A DNA stretch of 64,000 bases from an uncultured Planctomycetales bacterium (GTDB lineage Bacteria; Omnitrophota; Gorgyraeia; Zapsychrales; JANLHA01): contig CAZAXH010000008.1 in NCBI GenBank assembly GCA_964489065.1, positions 130 to 64,129 of the forward strand, in the 5' to 3' direction. Every line of letters starts with the position of its first letter. Within the stretch, counting starts at the first letter, position 1. The translations under genes were made by a program, and so were the position numbers. Shown here piece after piece: positions 40,624-50,959 of the stretch. A model generated the notes under the pieces. It was not told the DNA's origin, searched no databases, and worked only from the letters and a program-made list of their open reading frames with translations.

Positions 40624-41705
40624 TGATTAAAACCGCTGAAATTTTCCGTTATGCTATTCCTCTGCAACCTCCCGTGATGCTCGATGGCCGGCTCTTAAAA
40701 GAACGGGAGGGGTTCTTTATCAAGATTACGGATAATGCCGGAGCCGTGGGATGGGGGGAAGCGGCTTCTCTTCAAGATGGCCTAAAAGAAACCGAAGCGC
40801 AAATGATCAATGCCGCGGCGTTATTAAGGGATCAGCCTCTCCCGGAGGCGATGGAGGAGATGAACGCGATCTATATTAACGGCGTCGCCTTATCGGAGTA
40901 CAAGCCGGCTGTCCAATGGGCGGTTGAAACAGCTTTATTCACGCTCAAAGCCAACAGTCGGGGCCTTCCTTTAGCCAGGATGATTGACCGGCGTTCCGAG
41001 CTTCATGTTCCGGTTAACCGTTTTCTGGTCGGGACATTGGCGGATATTGTCTCTCAGGCCGAGGCCGCGCTGCGGCAGGGCTACCGGACACTTAAAATCA
41101 AAGCGGGGCAGGGGGGGGCGCTTGAGGACGATATTGAACGCGTCCGGGCGGTTAACACCGTCATTGAGAGCAAGGCCCTGCTTCGCGTTGACGCCAACCG
41201 CTCCTGGGAATTGCCGGAGGCGATTGAATTCATCCGGCAGGTCGGCCTGACGACGATTGAATATATAGAAGAGCCCTTGAAAGATCTTTCCCGGGTGGGG
41301 GAATTTTACCAGGAAACACTTATGCCTGTGGCCCTGGACGAATCCATCCAAACGCTGGATCTTGAGCGCATTCAGTCTCTGGACGGGGTTGAGGTCTTGG
41401 TTTTAAAGCCGGCGTTATTAGGCGGGTTTCATGAAACCTGGCAACTGGCCACCCGGGCCAAAGACCGGGGCTTGCGTGTTGTTTTCAGCTCGGTCTTTGA
41501 GTCGGGTTACGGGTTAACCGTGATCGCGCATATGGCCGCCTGCCTGACCAGAAATATTCCGGCCAGCCTGGACACCGGGAAGTTTTTTACCCAGGATGTC
41601 CTGACCGCCCCTTTGACATTTTCTCACGCCAGTATGTCCTTGCAACAGCACAACCTTTTGAATGTTAATTTCAATACGGCTCTTTTGGCCCGGTGCGGGA
41701 TTTAA
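40623..41705 (+). CDS. menC: o-succinylbenzoate synthase (enolase superfamily)
   Basis: Start overlaps menA stop (ATGA). Enolase-superfamily metal ligands (LKIKAG ... DANRSW ... EEP ... LDES) and size typical of MenC. Confidence 0.7.
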   Translation: MIKTAEIFRYAIPLQPPVMLDGRLLKEREGFFIKITDNAGAVGWGEAASLQDGLKETEAQMINAAALLRDQPLPEAMEEMNAIYINGVALSEYKPAVQWAVETALFTLKANSRGLPLARMIDRRSELHVPVNRFLVGTLADIVSQAEAALRQGYRTLKIKAGQGGALEDDIERVRAVNTVIESKALLRVDANRSWELPEAIEFIRQVGLTTIEYIEEPLKDLSRVGEFYQETLMPVALDESIQTLDLERIQSLDGVEVLVLKPALLGGFHETWQLATRAKDRGLRVVFSSVFESGYGLTVIAHMAACLTRNIPASLDTGKFFTQDVLTAPLTFSHASMSLQQHNLLNVNFNTALLARCGI

Positions 41706-41730
41706 CACTCCGTAGGGGCGAAGAAAAATT

Positions 41731-42189
41731 ATGGTTCCTTTAAAATACGCGGTGGTATATAATAAGCCCAGTGAGGATTTCTATATGCCCTGTAAAGATG
41801 CTGCATCCAATATGATCATCAGGCTGGATCATCAGGATCGTTTTATTTCCTTTGAATTCAGTAAAATGACCTGTAGAAGCCTTATTAACGGGGAAACCGG
41901 ATTTCAACGTCATTGCCGGGGAAAAAATATTTTTGAAATCCTGGATTATAATTTTTCTGACCTTGTCCGCGCTTTACACTTGGAAGAGGAAGAACAGCAG
42001 TATATTTTATATCTTGAATGGGATGCCTTAAGAGCCTCTTTGGCCGCTTTTTTTGGGATTGAGAAAACCAATGTCGATCCTGAACGCTGCCTGATTACTT
42101 CGGTGCAACACGACGAAGACGGGATTACTATTTCCGAAATTATCCTGCCCCCCCGGGATCTCCCCGAACTCGCGCCCCGCCCGGCATAA
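41731..42189 (+). CDS. Hypothetical protein, weak resemblance to NifU/IscU-like Fe-S scaffold N-terminal domain
   Basis: Three Cys in contexts PCKD ... MTCRSL ... RHCRG loosely resembling IscU CGD/GCGS/HC; low confidence. Confidence 0.3.
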   Translation: MVPLKYAVVYNKPSEDFYMPCKDAASNMIIRLDHQDRFISFEFSKMTCRSLINGETGFQRHCRGKNIFEILDYNFSDLVRALHLEEEEQQYILYLEWDALRASLAAFFGIEKTNVDPERCLITSVQHDEDGITISEIILPPRDLPELAPRPA

Positions 42190-42223
42190 AGTTTGCATAA
42201 TTTTTCAGCAGGGTCTCCGACCG

Positions 42224-42735
42224 TTAAGTTTCTGAATGGCCCAGAGCCATCACGATTTTCCCGGTCCGAACCATTTCTAAAATACCGTATTTTTTCATTA
42301 AAGCTTCAAACTCGTCCAGTTCGGCCGTCGGCCCAGTCTGCTCGACAATCAACGTGTTGTCGGAGTCGTCCAGGATGCGCGTGCGGTATTTCTTCATGAG
42401 TTTAAGCACGATCGGCCTGTTGGAGGACGACACCTTGATTTTGATCAGCGCTAATTCGGTATGGGTAGAGTCCTGTCCGGTATGCTCGCTGGCATGAATG
42501 ACGTCAATCAGTTTTTGGACCTGTTTAATGATTTGGTCCAGCGTTTCCGGGTCTCCCTGCGCGGTGATCGTCATCCGCGAATAGCGGGGGTTGTAGGCCG
42601 GGGACACGACAAGGGAGTCAATATTATAACCGCGCCGGGCAAAAATATGGGCTATCCGGACCAGAACCCCGGGTTTGTTGGCGACGGTCATACTGATGGT
42701 GTGGATATTTTTACGCTCGATGTTTTCTGATGACA
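42224..42735 (-). CDS. ilvH: Acetolactate synthase small (regulatory) subunit
   Basis: ACT domain start HTISMTVANKPGVLVRIAHIFARRGYNIDSLVV; ATG at 42735 gives ~170 aa, 13 bp after the ilvB stop. Confidence 0.88.
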
Positions 42736-42747
42736 TAGAATACCTCT

Positions 42748-44475
42748 TTATGTGCTGCCGGTTGGCTTCTCGAGTTTTGATTTCGGGGGTTCGATAATCA
42801 TATGATATGCTGATTTCCCCGCCGGGACCATGGGGAAGACGTTGTCTTCCTTGACGACTTCGCAATGCACCAGGGCCGGACCGTGGTGTTTAAGGGCCGC
42901 TTTCAGCACGCTTTCCGCTTCTTCAACTTTCCCGATGTGGTATCCTTTGACCTGGTAGGCCTCCGCCAGTTTGACAAAGTCGGGATTCCCCTCCAGATTC
43001 ACCCCGGAGAGGCGGTTGTCAAAAAACAGCTCCTGCCATTGCCGGACCATGCCGAGATATTTGTTGTCAATAATGATAATTTTCACCGGGAGTTTATGGA
43101 CGAACGCCGTGGCCAGTTCATAAAGCGTCATTTGAAAACCGCCGTCCCCGACAATGGCGACCACCAGTTCTTTGGGCCGCCCGAACTGGGCGCCGATGGC
43201 GGCCGGGAACCCGTAGCCCATTGTCCCGGCCCCGCCGGATGAGAGCCATTGGTCGCTCCGGTCGCAGCGATAAAATTGCGCGGCCCACATCTGATGCTGG
43301 CCGACATCCGTCACCACCGTGGCTGTCCCTTTGGTCAATCGGTAAACCGTATCAATGACATATTGAGCTGTCAGGCCGGCGTTGATGTCATAATGGAGCG
43401 GGAATTCATTTTTGTAATATTCCACTTCCTTGAGCCACTCGGCCGTGTCCAGTTTATCCACGTATTTGATCAGTTCTTTTAAAATAAGACGGGCGTCCCC
43501 GATCAAGGCGCTGTCCGGCTTAATCACTTTCCCGATTTCAGCCGGATCAATATCGATGTGCAGCTTTTTGGCGCCGATGCAGAATTCTTCAGTGTTTCCG
43601 TTGATCCGGTCGTCAAACCGCGACCCGATGGAACAAATAAGGTCGCAGTTGATAAGCGCTTTGTTGGAATACGCCGTGCCGTGCATCCCGATCATCCCGA
43701 GGGAAAGAGCGTGGGTTTCCGGGAAGGCCCCTTTCCCCAAGAGGGTGCAGATCACCGGGGCCTGGAGTTTTTCTGCCAGGGCCCGCACTTCCTGATCCGC
43801 TTTGGCAATGACGGCTCCGTGCCCCACCAGCAGGAGCGGCCGTTTAGCGCCTTTAAACATCCTGGCCATGGTTTTGATGCCTTTGATATTGACTTTGGCG
43901 GCGACGGAGTATCCGGGCAAGTCCATGGGAGGATTGATTGTTTGGGCCGTAAACGGGGCGGAGGAAATATCTTTGGGCAGATCAATCAAGACCGGGCCGG
44001 GCCGGTTGGTGTTCGCGATAAAAAACGCTTCTTTGATGATCCGCGGGATATCATTTGCGTCATGAACCAGATAGCTGTGCTTGACGACCGGCATAGTGAT
44101 GCCGACGATATCCGCTTCCTGGAACGCGTCTTTCCCCAGCATGGCCCGGATCGTCTGTCCCGTCAGGACAATGACCGGGACAGAATCCATCATGGCGGTC
44201 ATAATGCCGGTCACAGCGTTGGTGGCTCCGGGGCCGCTGGTTACGCAAACGACGCCGGGCCTTCCGGTCACGCGAGCGTAACCGTCGGCCATATGCACCG
44301 CCGCTTGTTCGTGCCGCACCAGGATCAGTTTAATTTTAGAGTTGACCAACGCGTCAAAAATGGGGATAACGGCGCCGCCGGAAAGCCCAAAAATATATTC
44401 AACCCCTTGTGCTTCCAGACATTTGATCAGAACCTCTGCGCCATTCAGCTGTTCTTTGGTGGTTTTCTGGGCCAT
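42748..44475 (-). CDS. ilvB: Acetolactate synthase large subunit
   Basis: 575 aa ThDP enzyme; motifs [11 protein letters not shown], and ThDP-binding GDGGFQM ... N. Confidence 0.92.
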   Translation of the reverse strand: MAQKTTKEQLNGAEVLIKCLEAQGVEYIFGLSGGAVIPIFDALVNSKIKLILVRHEQAAVHMADGYARVTGRPGVVCVTSGPGATNAVTGIMTAMMDSVPVIVLTGQTIRAMLGKDAFQEADIVGITMPVVKHSYLVHDANDIPRIIKEAFFIANTNRPGPVLIDLPKDISSAPFTAQTINPPMDLPGYSVAAKVNIKGIKTMARMFKGAKRPLLLVGHGAVIAKADQEVRALAEKLQAPVICTLLGKGAFPETHALSLGMIGMHGTAYSNKALINCDLICSIGSRFDDRINGNTEEFCIGAKKLHIDIDPAEIGKVIKPDSALIGDARLILKELIKYVDKLDTAEWLKEVEYYKNEFPLHYDINAGLTAQYVIDTVYRLTKGTATVVTDVGQHQMWAAQFYRCDRSDQWLSSGGAGTMGYGFPAAIGAQFGRPKELVVAIVGDGGFQMTLYELATAFVHKLPVKIIIIDNKYLGMVRQWQELFFDNRLSGVNLEGNPDFVKLAEAYQVKGYHIGKVEEAESVLKAALKHHGPALVHCEVVKEDNVFPMVPAGKSAYHMIIEPPKSKLEKPTGST

Positions 44476-44530
44476 AGAATCCTCGATTATTAATAAAATT
44501 ATTAAACCAACATCCTGCGGCTCGTTCGCT

Positions 44531-44628
44531 TGGACTCACTCGCGCAGGATCAATTCGCATTTTTAGTTTACACTCCCTTGGGTCGTGTAAACTAAATGTT
44601 CATTGAATAAAACGGGTTTCATCTTAGC
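44531..44628 (-). repeat. Copy R4 (inner ~100 bp) of the dispersed structured repeat, upstream of ilvB
   Basis: acatcctgcggctcgttcgcttggactcactcgcgcaggatcaattcgcatttttagtttacactcccttgggtcgtgtaaactaaatgttcattgaa aligns with the inner two-thirds of R2. Confidence 0.8.
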
Positions 44629-44852
44629 AAAACGTGTCGGGGAATGCAAGATTTTTGTCCATGCTGTACTTTTATTTCCCGGCAGGGACGCATTTTTAAG
44701 AATAATTCTGTTTGAGCCAATCCACGATCAGGTCTGTTTCGTACAGGGCCTGTCCGTTCGTTCATAAAGGACTCCTTTTGGCACAGCCGGAGGGGGGCAG
44801 GGCCCCGTGTGTGAGGTATTATGATATGATTTCTCTATTCTGTCGATACGTT

Positions 44853-45833
44853 TCAGCGGGCTCCCGGCTGTGTCTGATAGTGTGCCTGGTATGCCAGCAG
44901 GTTTTCCCGCAACAGGTCTAAATCTCCGATTTTAAACAAGGTCGCCCGGATATGCGCCGCTTCCGGAAAGCCCCGGATATAGCCGATAAAATGTTTCCGG
45001 AGGTGTACTGTGCCCCACCGGGGGCCTTTATATTGTTCAGCCAGGGTAAGGTGCTGGAGGCAGACTTCAAAACGCTCGGCCGGGGAAGGAGCGGCCGCTT
45101 CCTGTCCGGTTTCCAGATAATGCCGGGCTGTCTTAAAAATCCAGGGATGGATAATGGCTTCCCGCCCGATCATGACCCCGTCACAGCCCCAGTCAAGCAT
45201 GGCCCGCACATCTATGGCGGTTTGAACATCTCCGTTGCCGATGACCGGAATTGAAATTGATTTCTTAACTTCCCCTAGCCACCGCCAATCCGCGTTCCCT
45301 TTATAGGCCTGATTGCGTGTCCGGCAGTGGATGGTGAGGGCCTGCGCCCCGGCCTGCTCCACGATGCGGGCGACGTCCAGGATGACGATCGAATTTTGGT
45401 CCCAGCCCAGCCGGGTTTTAACGGTGACGGGGACAGGCGAAGTTTTTACAACCGCCGCAAGGATACGCTCCAGCAACGGGAGGTCTTTGAGCAGGGCCGC
45501 GCCCTCTCCCCGCTGGGCATGATTCCTGGCCCAGCAGCCGCAGTTAATATCGATGAAGTCCGGACGGAAACGGGAAACAATCTCGACGGCTTGCTGCATG
45601 GATTCGACGCGGCTGCCGAAAAGCTGTATCCCGACCGGGCGCTCTTCTTCCTCAATTCTGACGCGCACCAGGGATTTAGGGATGCTACGGATGAGGGCTT
45701 CACAGCTGGTGAATTCGGTCATGACCACGTCCGCCCCCAGTTGCTTGCATATCCGGCGGAAAGGGATGTCAGTCACATCGTCCATGGGGGCGAGGATAAG
45801 AGGAGTGTCCCGGTTGAAAAAATTTATTTTCAT
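44853..45833 (-). CDS. dus: tRNA-dihydrouridine synthase
   Basis: MKINFFNRDTPLILAPMDDVTDIPFRRICKQLGADVVMTEF; start at the ATG with RBS AAGG (MKINFF) rather than the upstream ATG. Confidence 0.88.
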   Translation of the reverse strand: MKINFFNRDTPLILAPMDDVTDIPFRRICKQLGADVVMTEFTSCEALIRSIPKSLVRVRIEEEERPVGIQLFGSRVESMQQAVEIVSRFRPDFIDINCGCWARNHAQRGEGAALLKDLPLLERILAAVVKTSPVPVTVKTRLGWDQNSIVILDVARIVEQAGAQALTIHCRTRNQAYKGNADWRWLGEVKKSISIPVIGNGDVQTAIDVRAMLDWGCDGVMIGREAIIHPWIFKTARHYLETGQEAAAPSPAERFEVCLQHLTLAEQYKGPRWGTVHLRKHFIGYIRGFPEAAHIRATLFKIGDLDLLRENLLAYQAHYQTQPGAR

Positions 45834-45943
45834 CGTGATTGCCTTAACTGGTTTTAGCCCGACCAATTATACTTGATTTTAGTTTGATTGCAAATATTCC
45901 TGAAATGGTGTATATGTAAGGTTGTTATTTTTAAAAAAGTTTT

Positions 45944-47236
45944 ATGAAAAAGACGACTATTTCTTTTTTTACCCTCGGGTGCCGGGTGAACCAGTCGGAA
46001 ACAGCGGTTTTGCAGACTCTTTTCGCGCAGGAGGGGTACCGGGTTGTGGCTTTTGGCGAGCCGGCGGACATTGTGGTCATCAATACCTGCACGGTTACGG
46101 CCAAAGGGGACGCCGATACCCGCAAAATGGTGAACAGGCTTGCCCGCGAATTCCCAGAAACCCGAATAGCTCTTATCGGTTGTCAGTCCCAGTTGCAGGG
46201 AGACGAACTCGCGCAGTTTAAGAATGTGCGCTGGGTGGTGGGAACAGCCGCCAAGCTGAAACTCTCGGAGATTATCCGGGAAAAATACCCGGAGACCGGG
46301 GCTCGTGTTATTGTCGAGCCTATCCCGCGGGAACCTTTTTCTCTTCCGCCGGCGGGGCGGGACCGGCAGCACACGCGGGCTATTTTAAAGATACAGGACG
46401 GGTGTGATTTTTTTTGCTCTTACTGTGAAGTGCCGTACGCCCGGGGGCGGGCCCGCAGCCGGTTTTATGGCGATGTGATACAGGCCGGACGGAATTTCGT
46501 GGCCGCCGGGCACAGGGAGATTGTCTTGACGGGAATTAATATAGGAATGTACCGGGATGGCTCGTTAAAATTGCCTGATGTGCTGGAGGGGCTGGAATCC
46601 GTGCCGGGGATTTCGCGTATCCGGATTTCTTCTATTGAATTCAAGACATTCAACCAAAGTCTTTTAAAAAAAATGTTTCCAAAAGGGAAGTTGTGCCGTT
46701 ATCTGCATGTGCCCTTACAGAGCGGGGATGATACGGTCTTACGTTTGATGAACCGCCGTTATTCTTCGGAGGATTTTGCCGTTTGGCTTCAAAAGGCCCA
46801 TGAACAGGTTGAAGATTTGTGCGTCGGCACGGATGTCATCGTTGGCTTTCCCGGAGAGACCCGCAGCCGTTTTAACGCGACCTGCTCCTTCCTGGAGGAA
46901 CAGCCGTTGCAGTATTTTCATGTTTTCAGCTATTCAGAGCGGAGGAACGCCAAGAGCAAAGATATGGCGGATTCCGTGAGTGCCGCAGAAATTCGCCGCC
47001 GCAGCGCCTTATTGCGGGACCTCTCCCGAAAAAAAAGAAAAACATATTACGAATCATTGTCCGGCAAGACCGTGGATGTCCTGTTTGAAGAAAAAAAAGG
47101 GGGGGGGTGGACAGGATTAAGCGATCATTTTGTCAGAGTTCAGGTGAAATCAAAAACTAATCTTGCAAACCATCTTGTCCCGGTGAAATTGCTTCATCTC
47201 CATGACCAGTTTATGACCGGGCAATTAGCCGGGTGA
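45944..47236 (+). CDS. mtaB: MiaB-family tRNA methylthiotransferase (MtaB-like)
   Basis: MTTase N-domain (FFTLGCRVNQSE), radical SAM CSYCEVP, TRAM C-terminal region. Confidence 0.85.
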   Translation: MKKTTISFFTLGCRVNQSETAVLQTLFAQEGYRVVAFGEPADIVVINTCTVTAKGDADTRKMVNRLAREFPETRIALIGCQSQLQGDELAQFKNVRWVVGTAAKLKLSEIIREKYPETGARVIVEPIPREPFSLPPAGRDRQHTRAILKIQDGCDFFCSYCEVPYARGRARSRFYGDVIQAGRNFVAAGHREIVLTGINIGMYRDGSLKLPDVLEGLESVPGISRIRISSIEFKTFNQSLLKKMFPKGKLCRYLHVPLQSGDDTVLRLMNRRYSSEDFAVWLQKAHEQVEDLCVGTDVIVGFPGETRSRFNATCSFLEEQPLQYFHVFSYSERRNAKSKDMADSVSAAEIRRRSALLRDLSRKKRKTYYESLSGKTVDVLFEEKKGGGWTGLSDHFVRVQVKSKTNLANHLVPVKLLHLHDQFMTGQLAG

Positions 47237-47239
47237 GCC

Positions 47240-47956
47240 ATGCTTTTTTCTGATTTTTTTAAAAAATGTTTTTTCCGTCCGCCTCAACCGGCCCAACCTG
47301 AACGAGAGGCCGATGCCACGGAGCCGGAAGAGTCGAAGTCCGGGGCAGCCGCTACGCCGGTAACTCCGGCGCAGCCGTTGCCGGAAAAGGGCGTGGCCAC
47401 CCCGGTTGTGCCGGCAGAACCTTCCTCTGTTGCGCCGGCGGCTTCGGAGAGCGAGCCGGTCCAGGGACCGCTCCCGGAGCCTTCACCGCTCGGGCCGGCC
47501 CCTGCGGTAAAAGCATCAGTCAAAAAGGTCTATTTCCTGGGGGGCAGCCAGGAGAAGCTTAATCAGAGGCTTCAGGATGAGTTGAAGAAGATGGGGTTCT
47601 CGTGGATCGATTTGTCTGCGGTTTATATGGAACGGGCTTTGGATGAAATTATGCGGAGCAACCCGGATGTCTTTTTTTCCGTGGTCGTCTTGTCCGGAGA
47701 TGAATTTGTTTACGATAAAAACAGCAAGCCATCGCAGGCCCGGGTTTGTTCCAAGCAAGATATTGTCTTTAAGCTGGGGTATTTGATCGGCCACCACGGG
47801 AAGAGCCACTGTTTTGTGCTTTATAAAGAACAAAAAAGTTTTGCACTGCCAACCAGTTTGATCCACGGTATTTTTACCGTGCTGGATGACGATGTCCGTT
47901 GGAAAGACATGTTGAGATCCCGTCTGGTCGGAGCCGGGTATTCTGTTCCGTGTTGA
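47240..47956 (+). CDS. TIR-like nucleotide-binding domain protein (COG4271/PF10137-like) with Pro/Ala/Glu-rich N-terminal linker
   Basis: KKVYFLGGSQE ... FSVVVLSGDEF ... QDIVFKLGYLIGHHGKSHCFVLY parallels the KVFIGSSSE ... FAIVLLTPDD ... RDNVIFELGLFIG pattern of the TIR-like family; starts 4 bp after mtaB stop. Confidence 0.55.
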   Translation: MLFSDFFKKCFFRPPQPAQPEREADATEPEESKSGAAATPVTPAQPLPEKGVATPVVPAEPSSVAPAASESEPVQGPLPEPSPLGPAPAVKASVKKVYFLGGSQEKLNQRLQDELKKMGFSWIDLSAVYMERALDEIMRSNPDVFFSVVVLSGDEFVYDKNSKPSQARVCSKQDIVFKLGYLIGHHGKSHCFVLYKEQKSFALPTSLIHGIFTVLDDDVRWKDMLRSRLVGAGYSVPC

Positions 47957-47973
47957 AGCGGGGAGGCCTCATT

Positions 47974-48519
47974 TTGAGACGTGGTTTTTTTAATCTGACT
48001 TTTTGGGTGGTGCTTTTCATTCCCGGGGCGGCCCTAGGGACGGCGTCTCCGGAAAATCCGGCGACGACCGCGACCAGCATTGATTTGATCGAATGCGGCG
48101 ATAAAAAATTAGAATTTAAAATTTTGTGCAATCCGCGCTGGCCGACCCAGCGCAATACGCAGAGTCTGAAGCTGATTATTGACGCCGCGGCTCAAGCCGA
48201 GGTTGCCGTGACCATCTATAAATCTGAGGAAGTGGGATTGGCTTTTTCTGACTTGACCCCGACCGCCTTAAAGCGTGTTTTTGAGTATTCGGATGAATTT
48301 AAATACGCCAGGACCTTTGTCAACGGGCAAAAAGCCGTTCGTGTCGAGGCGCAGCCCCAGGGGCAGCCGGGAACCTATCTTTTGGACTATTTTTTTATCC
48401 GGGATAGTCATTTGTACCGGATTAGCTATGCCGCCAGTAACTCCGGGCAGTTCCGGAAATATTTGCCGTTATTCGCGAAAATGATGAGGAGTTTTGAGTT
48501 TATAGATTTGAGTTTTTAG
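47974..48519 (+). CDS. Hypothetical secreted protein (signal peptide); start uncertain (TTG 47974 or ATG 47899)
   Basis: RRGFFNLTFWVVLFIPGAALGTASP signal-peptide-like N-terminus; no family recognised. Confidence 0.45.
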   Translation: MRRGFFNLTFWVVLFIPGAALGTASPENPATTATSIDLIECGDKKLEFKILCNPRWPTQRNTQSLKLIIDAAAQAEVAVTIYKSEEVGLAFSDLTPTALKRVFEYSDEFKYARTFVNGQKAVRVEAQPQGQPGTYLLDYFFIRDSHLYRISYAASNSGQFRKYLPLFAKMMRSFEFIDLSF

Positions 48520-48600
48520 ACCTTCTTTCTAAAAAAAATGAGGCGAAATAATGTGTGCTCGCCATAGACAAACCTTTAACTTTATGTTATAAATTTTATT

Positions 48601-49122
48601 ATGAAAAAAATACTTTTTACTATAACAATTTGCACGTTGTTAACCCAAACCGTGCCCGGGTATGCGGTCATGGTCCATTATTACGATGAGAACGGGAAGA
48701 TTCACTATGTGAATACTGCCGTGGCCCAGGTTCCTCCTCGGTACATGGATCAAGTCCGGCCTCAATTAGAGGCGGCTGAACGGGCACAAGCCGAAAAGGC
48801 GGAAGAACAAGCGACCTCCGAGATAGACGTCCCGGAAGAGTCGGGAGAGGGTGAAAGCCAGACGCCGAATCCTCCCCAAATTGTCCTTGATGTCCTGACG
48901 AGTTCACACTGCCGGGGATGCATGAGGCTTTTTGCTCAACTGCGCGTGAACAAAATTTTTTTCCGGTCCCACAATATCGAAACGAGTGCCCGGGGGAAAG
49001 AGTTGTACCAGCAGTATCAAGGAATGCCGCTTCCGATTACCATTATCGGCGATGAAGCCGTTTCCGGTCCCGACATCCTCAAGATCAAAGAACTTCTTGA
49101 GAAAATAGGAAAGGAAGAATAA
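48601..49122 (+). CDS. Secreted DUF4124-like protein with C-terminal glutaredoxin-like CxxC domain
   Basis: Signal peptide; VHYYDENGKIHYVNT (DUF4124-like); C-terminal SSHCRGCMRLFAQ ... ITIIGDEAVSG resembling Grx fold. Confidence 0.5.
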   Translation: MKKILFTITICTLLTQTVPGYAVMVHYYDENGKIHYVNTAVAQVPPRYMDQVRPQLEAAERAQAEKAEEQATSEIDVPEESGEGESQTPNPPQIVLDVLTSSHCRGCMRLFAQLRVNKIFFRSHNIETSARGKELYQQYQGMPLPITIIGDEAVSGPDILKIKELLEKIGKEE

Positions 49123-49166
49123 GCTTTTCGTTTCTTGGGTTAACTGGCAAATTAATTAAGGAAAAC

Positions 49167-49559
49167 GTGATGAGTCATAAGAAAACTGGATTTACTCTAG
49201 TTGAAGTGATGATTGTTATCGCTATTATCGCTCTTTTAGCCGTGATCGCTATCCCGAACCTTTTTCGGGCCCGGATCCAGGCCAATGCTTCGACAGCCCA
49301 GGCCCATTTGAAATCTATCGCCAATTCCCTGGAAAATTACGCGGCTATTCACAGTGTTTATCCCGCCAATACATCCCAACTCCTGGGAGCCAGCCCTCCT
49401 TATTTGAGTATCGACTTTTTTTCGGGAACCCATGCCGGATATTCCTTTACCAGTGTTCTGTCTGATTATGCTTACACGATTACCGCTTCGCCGGAGAATA
49501 CGACGTCCGGGACAAGCACGTTCACTTTGACGACAGGCGGCATCATTTCTGCTTTATAA
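49167..49559 (+). CDS. Prepilin-type N-terminal cleavage/methylation domain protein (type IV pilin / pseudopilin-like), Ser/Thr-rich C-terminus
   Basis: Leader MMSHKKTG|FTLVEVMIVIAIIALLAVIAIPNL (G-FTLVE class III signal). Confidence 0.85.
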   Translation: MMSHKKTGFTLVEVMIVIAIIALLAVIAIPNLFRARIQANASTAQAHLKSIANSLENYAAIHSVYPANTSQLLGASPPYLSIDFFSGTHAGYSFTSVLSDYAYTITASPENTTSGTSTFTLTTGGIISAL

Positions 49560-49663
49560 GTCATTTATATCATGTCCCTACGGGCTTTTTTCCCGCTTAG
49601 AAGCGCGGGGAGCCGGGGGAGTGTGCTATAATATTTCTTATCCGATAACTATTTTTTTATGAA

Positions 49664-50959
49664 ATGGCGCATTTCCTGTTTGTAAAACCCTGTTGGCCGT
49701 ATCCTTACAACAAAGGGGACCATACGTATAACCGTATATGGCCGCCGTTGTCTTTGCTGAATGGTGCGGCGATTTTAGAACGACAAGGTCATGTTGCCCA
49801 TGTTTTGGACGCCCATGCTTTGAGGCTGAATTTGGAGGATATTCCTTCCCGTCTGCAAGGCTACGATACAATTTTTATTACGTCCTCCTGCCTGGATCGC
49901 TGGCAATGCCCTCCTGCTGATATTACGCCGTTTTTGGAAACGGTCAAAAGGGCCAAGCAAGTCACGACCGAAATTTATGTGATGGGCTATCATGGGACGG
50001 TGGAGCCGGAGGGGGTGTTGAGACGCACGCAGGTCAAGGCTGTTTTAAGAGGCGAGCCCGAGCGGATGATTGAAGCTCTGGGAGCCGGGAAGCCTCATTC
50101 GGATATCCCAGGCTTGACATATTTTTCTGCAGGGGAAATAATTTCTTCCGGCGACGGGGAGGTTGTGGACTTGAGTTCCTTGCCCTTGCCGGCGTATCAT
50201 CGAATCGACCGCCGGTTGTATTCTTATGAAATCTTAGGGGATGATTTTGCGCTTTTTGAATTCAGCCGGGGGTGCCCCTATGATTGTAAATTTTGTAATA
50301 AAATCATGTATGGTTCTTCGTGGAGAACCAAAAGCCTCCCGCAGATCATGTCGGAAATTCAGACCGCGGTCGAGCAATATCATTACCGGACAGGATACTT
50401 TTTCGACCTCGAATTTCTCTCCGACCGGGGGCTGGCCGAAAAAATTTGCGATTTTTTAATATCCCAACATTATCCTTTCCAGTGGTGCTGTCAGACACGG
50501 GCTGATTCTCTGGACGCATTTATTCTGGATAAAATGAAACAGGCGGGATGCCGTTTGATCCACATGGGGTTGGAGAGCGCCCAGCAGAAATACTTGGATC
50601 TCTCCGGGAAAAACATGCGGTTGGCCCATGTCCGAGATGCGGTGAGCCGGTGCCGCTCGGCTGGTATTCAATCGCTGGTTTTTCTTCTTTTTGGGTTTGC
50701 CGGAGAAACCCCATCGGAACGGGAGGCCGCGCTGCGCTTCGTTCAGGAATGCGATCCAGATTATGTTTCATTTCATAAACTTTATCCTTACCGGGCAGGA
50801 GCTTTTTATCTCCCGGACTTAAACGAAAATCAGGAGATCGACCGGTTTATCCGAAAAGCTGTTTTGCGGTATTATCTGCGGCCGAAAATTTTACTTCGCA
50901 TGAACCGGGTAACACTGCTGCGTAGCGCCCGGCTTCTTCTGGGGCGCCTGCAATCATGA
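49664..50959 (+). CDS. B12-binding domain radical SAM protein (class B), paralog 2
   Basis: N-terminal B12-binding fold; FEFSRGCPYDCKFCNK radical SAM motif; extended -10 TGTGCTATAAT at 49629-49639; stop overlaps next gene. Confidence 0.75.
   Translation: MAHFLFVKPCWPYPYNKGDHTYNRIWPPLSLLNGAAILERQGHVAHVLDAHALRLNLEDIPSRLQGYDTIFITSSCLDRWQCPPADITPFLETVKRAKQVTTEIYVMGYHGTVEPEGVLRRTQVKAVLRGEPERMIEALGAGKPHSDIPGLTYFSAGEIISSGDGEVVDLSSLPLPAYHRIDRRLYSYEILGDDFALFEFSRGCPYDCKFCNKIMYGSSWRTKSLPQIMSEIQTAVEQYHYRTGYFFDLEFLSDRGLAEKICDFLISQHYPFQWCCQTRADSLDAFILDKMKQAGCRLIHMGLESAQQKYLDLSGKNMRLAHVRDAVSRCRSAGIQSLVFLLFGFAGETPSEREAALRFVQECDPDYVSFHKLYPYRAGAFYLPDLNENQEIDRFIRKAVLRYYLRPKILLRMNRVTLLRSARLLLGRLQS

Noticed and set aside
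44712-44921. 69-aa ORF between ilvB and dus
   Set aside because: It overlaps the dus 3' end on the opposite strand and has low-complexity Cys/Leu-rich composition; likely spurious.
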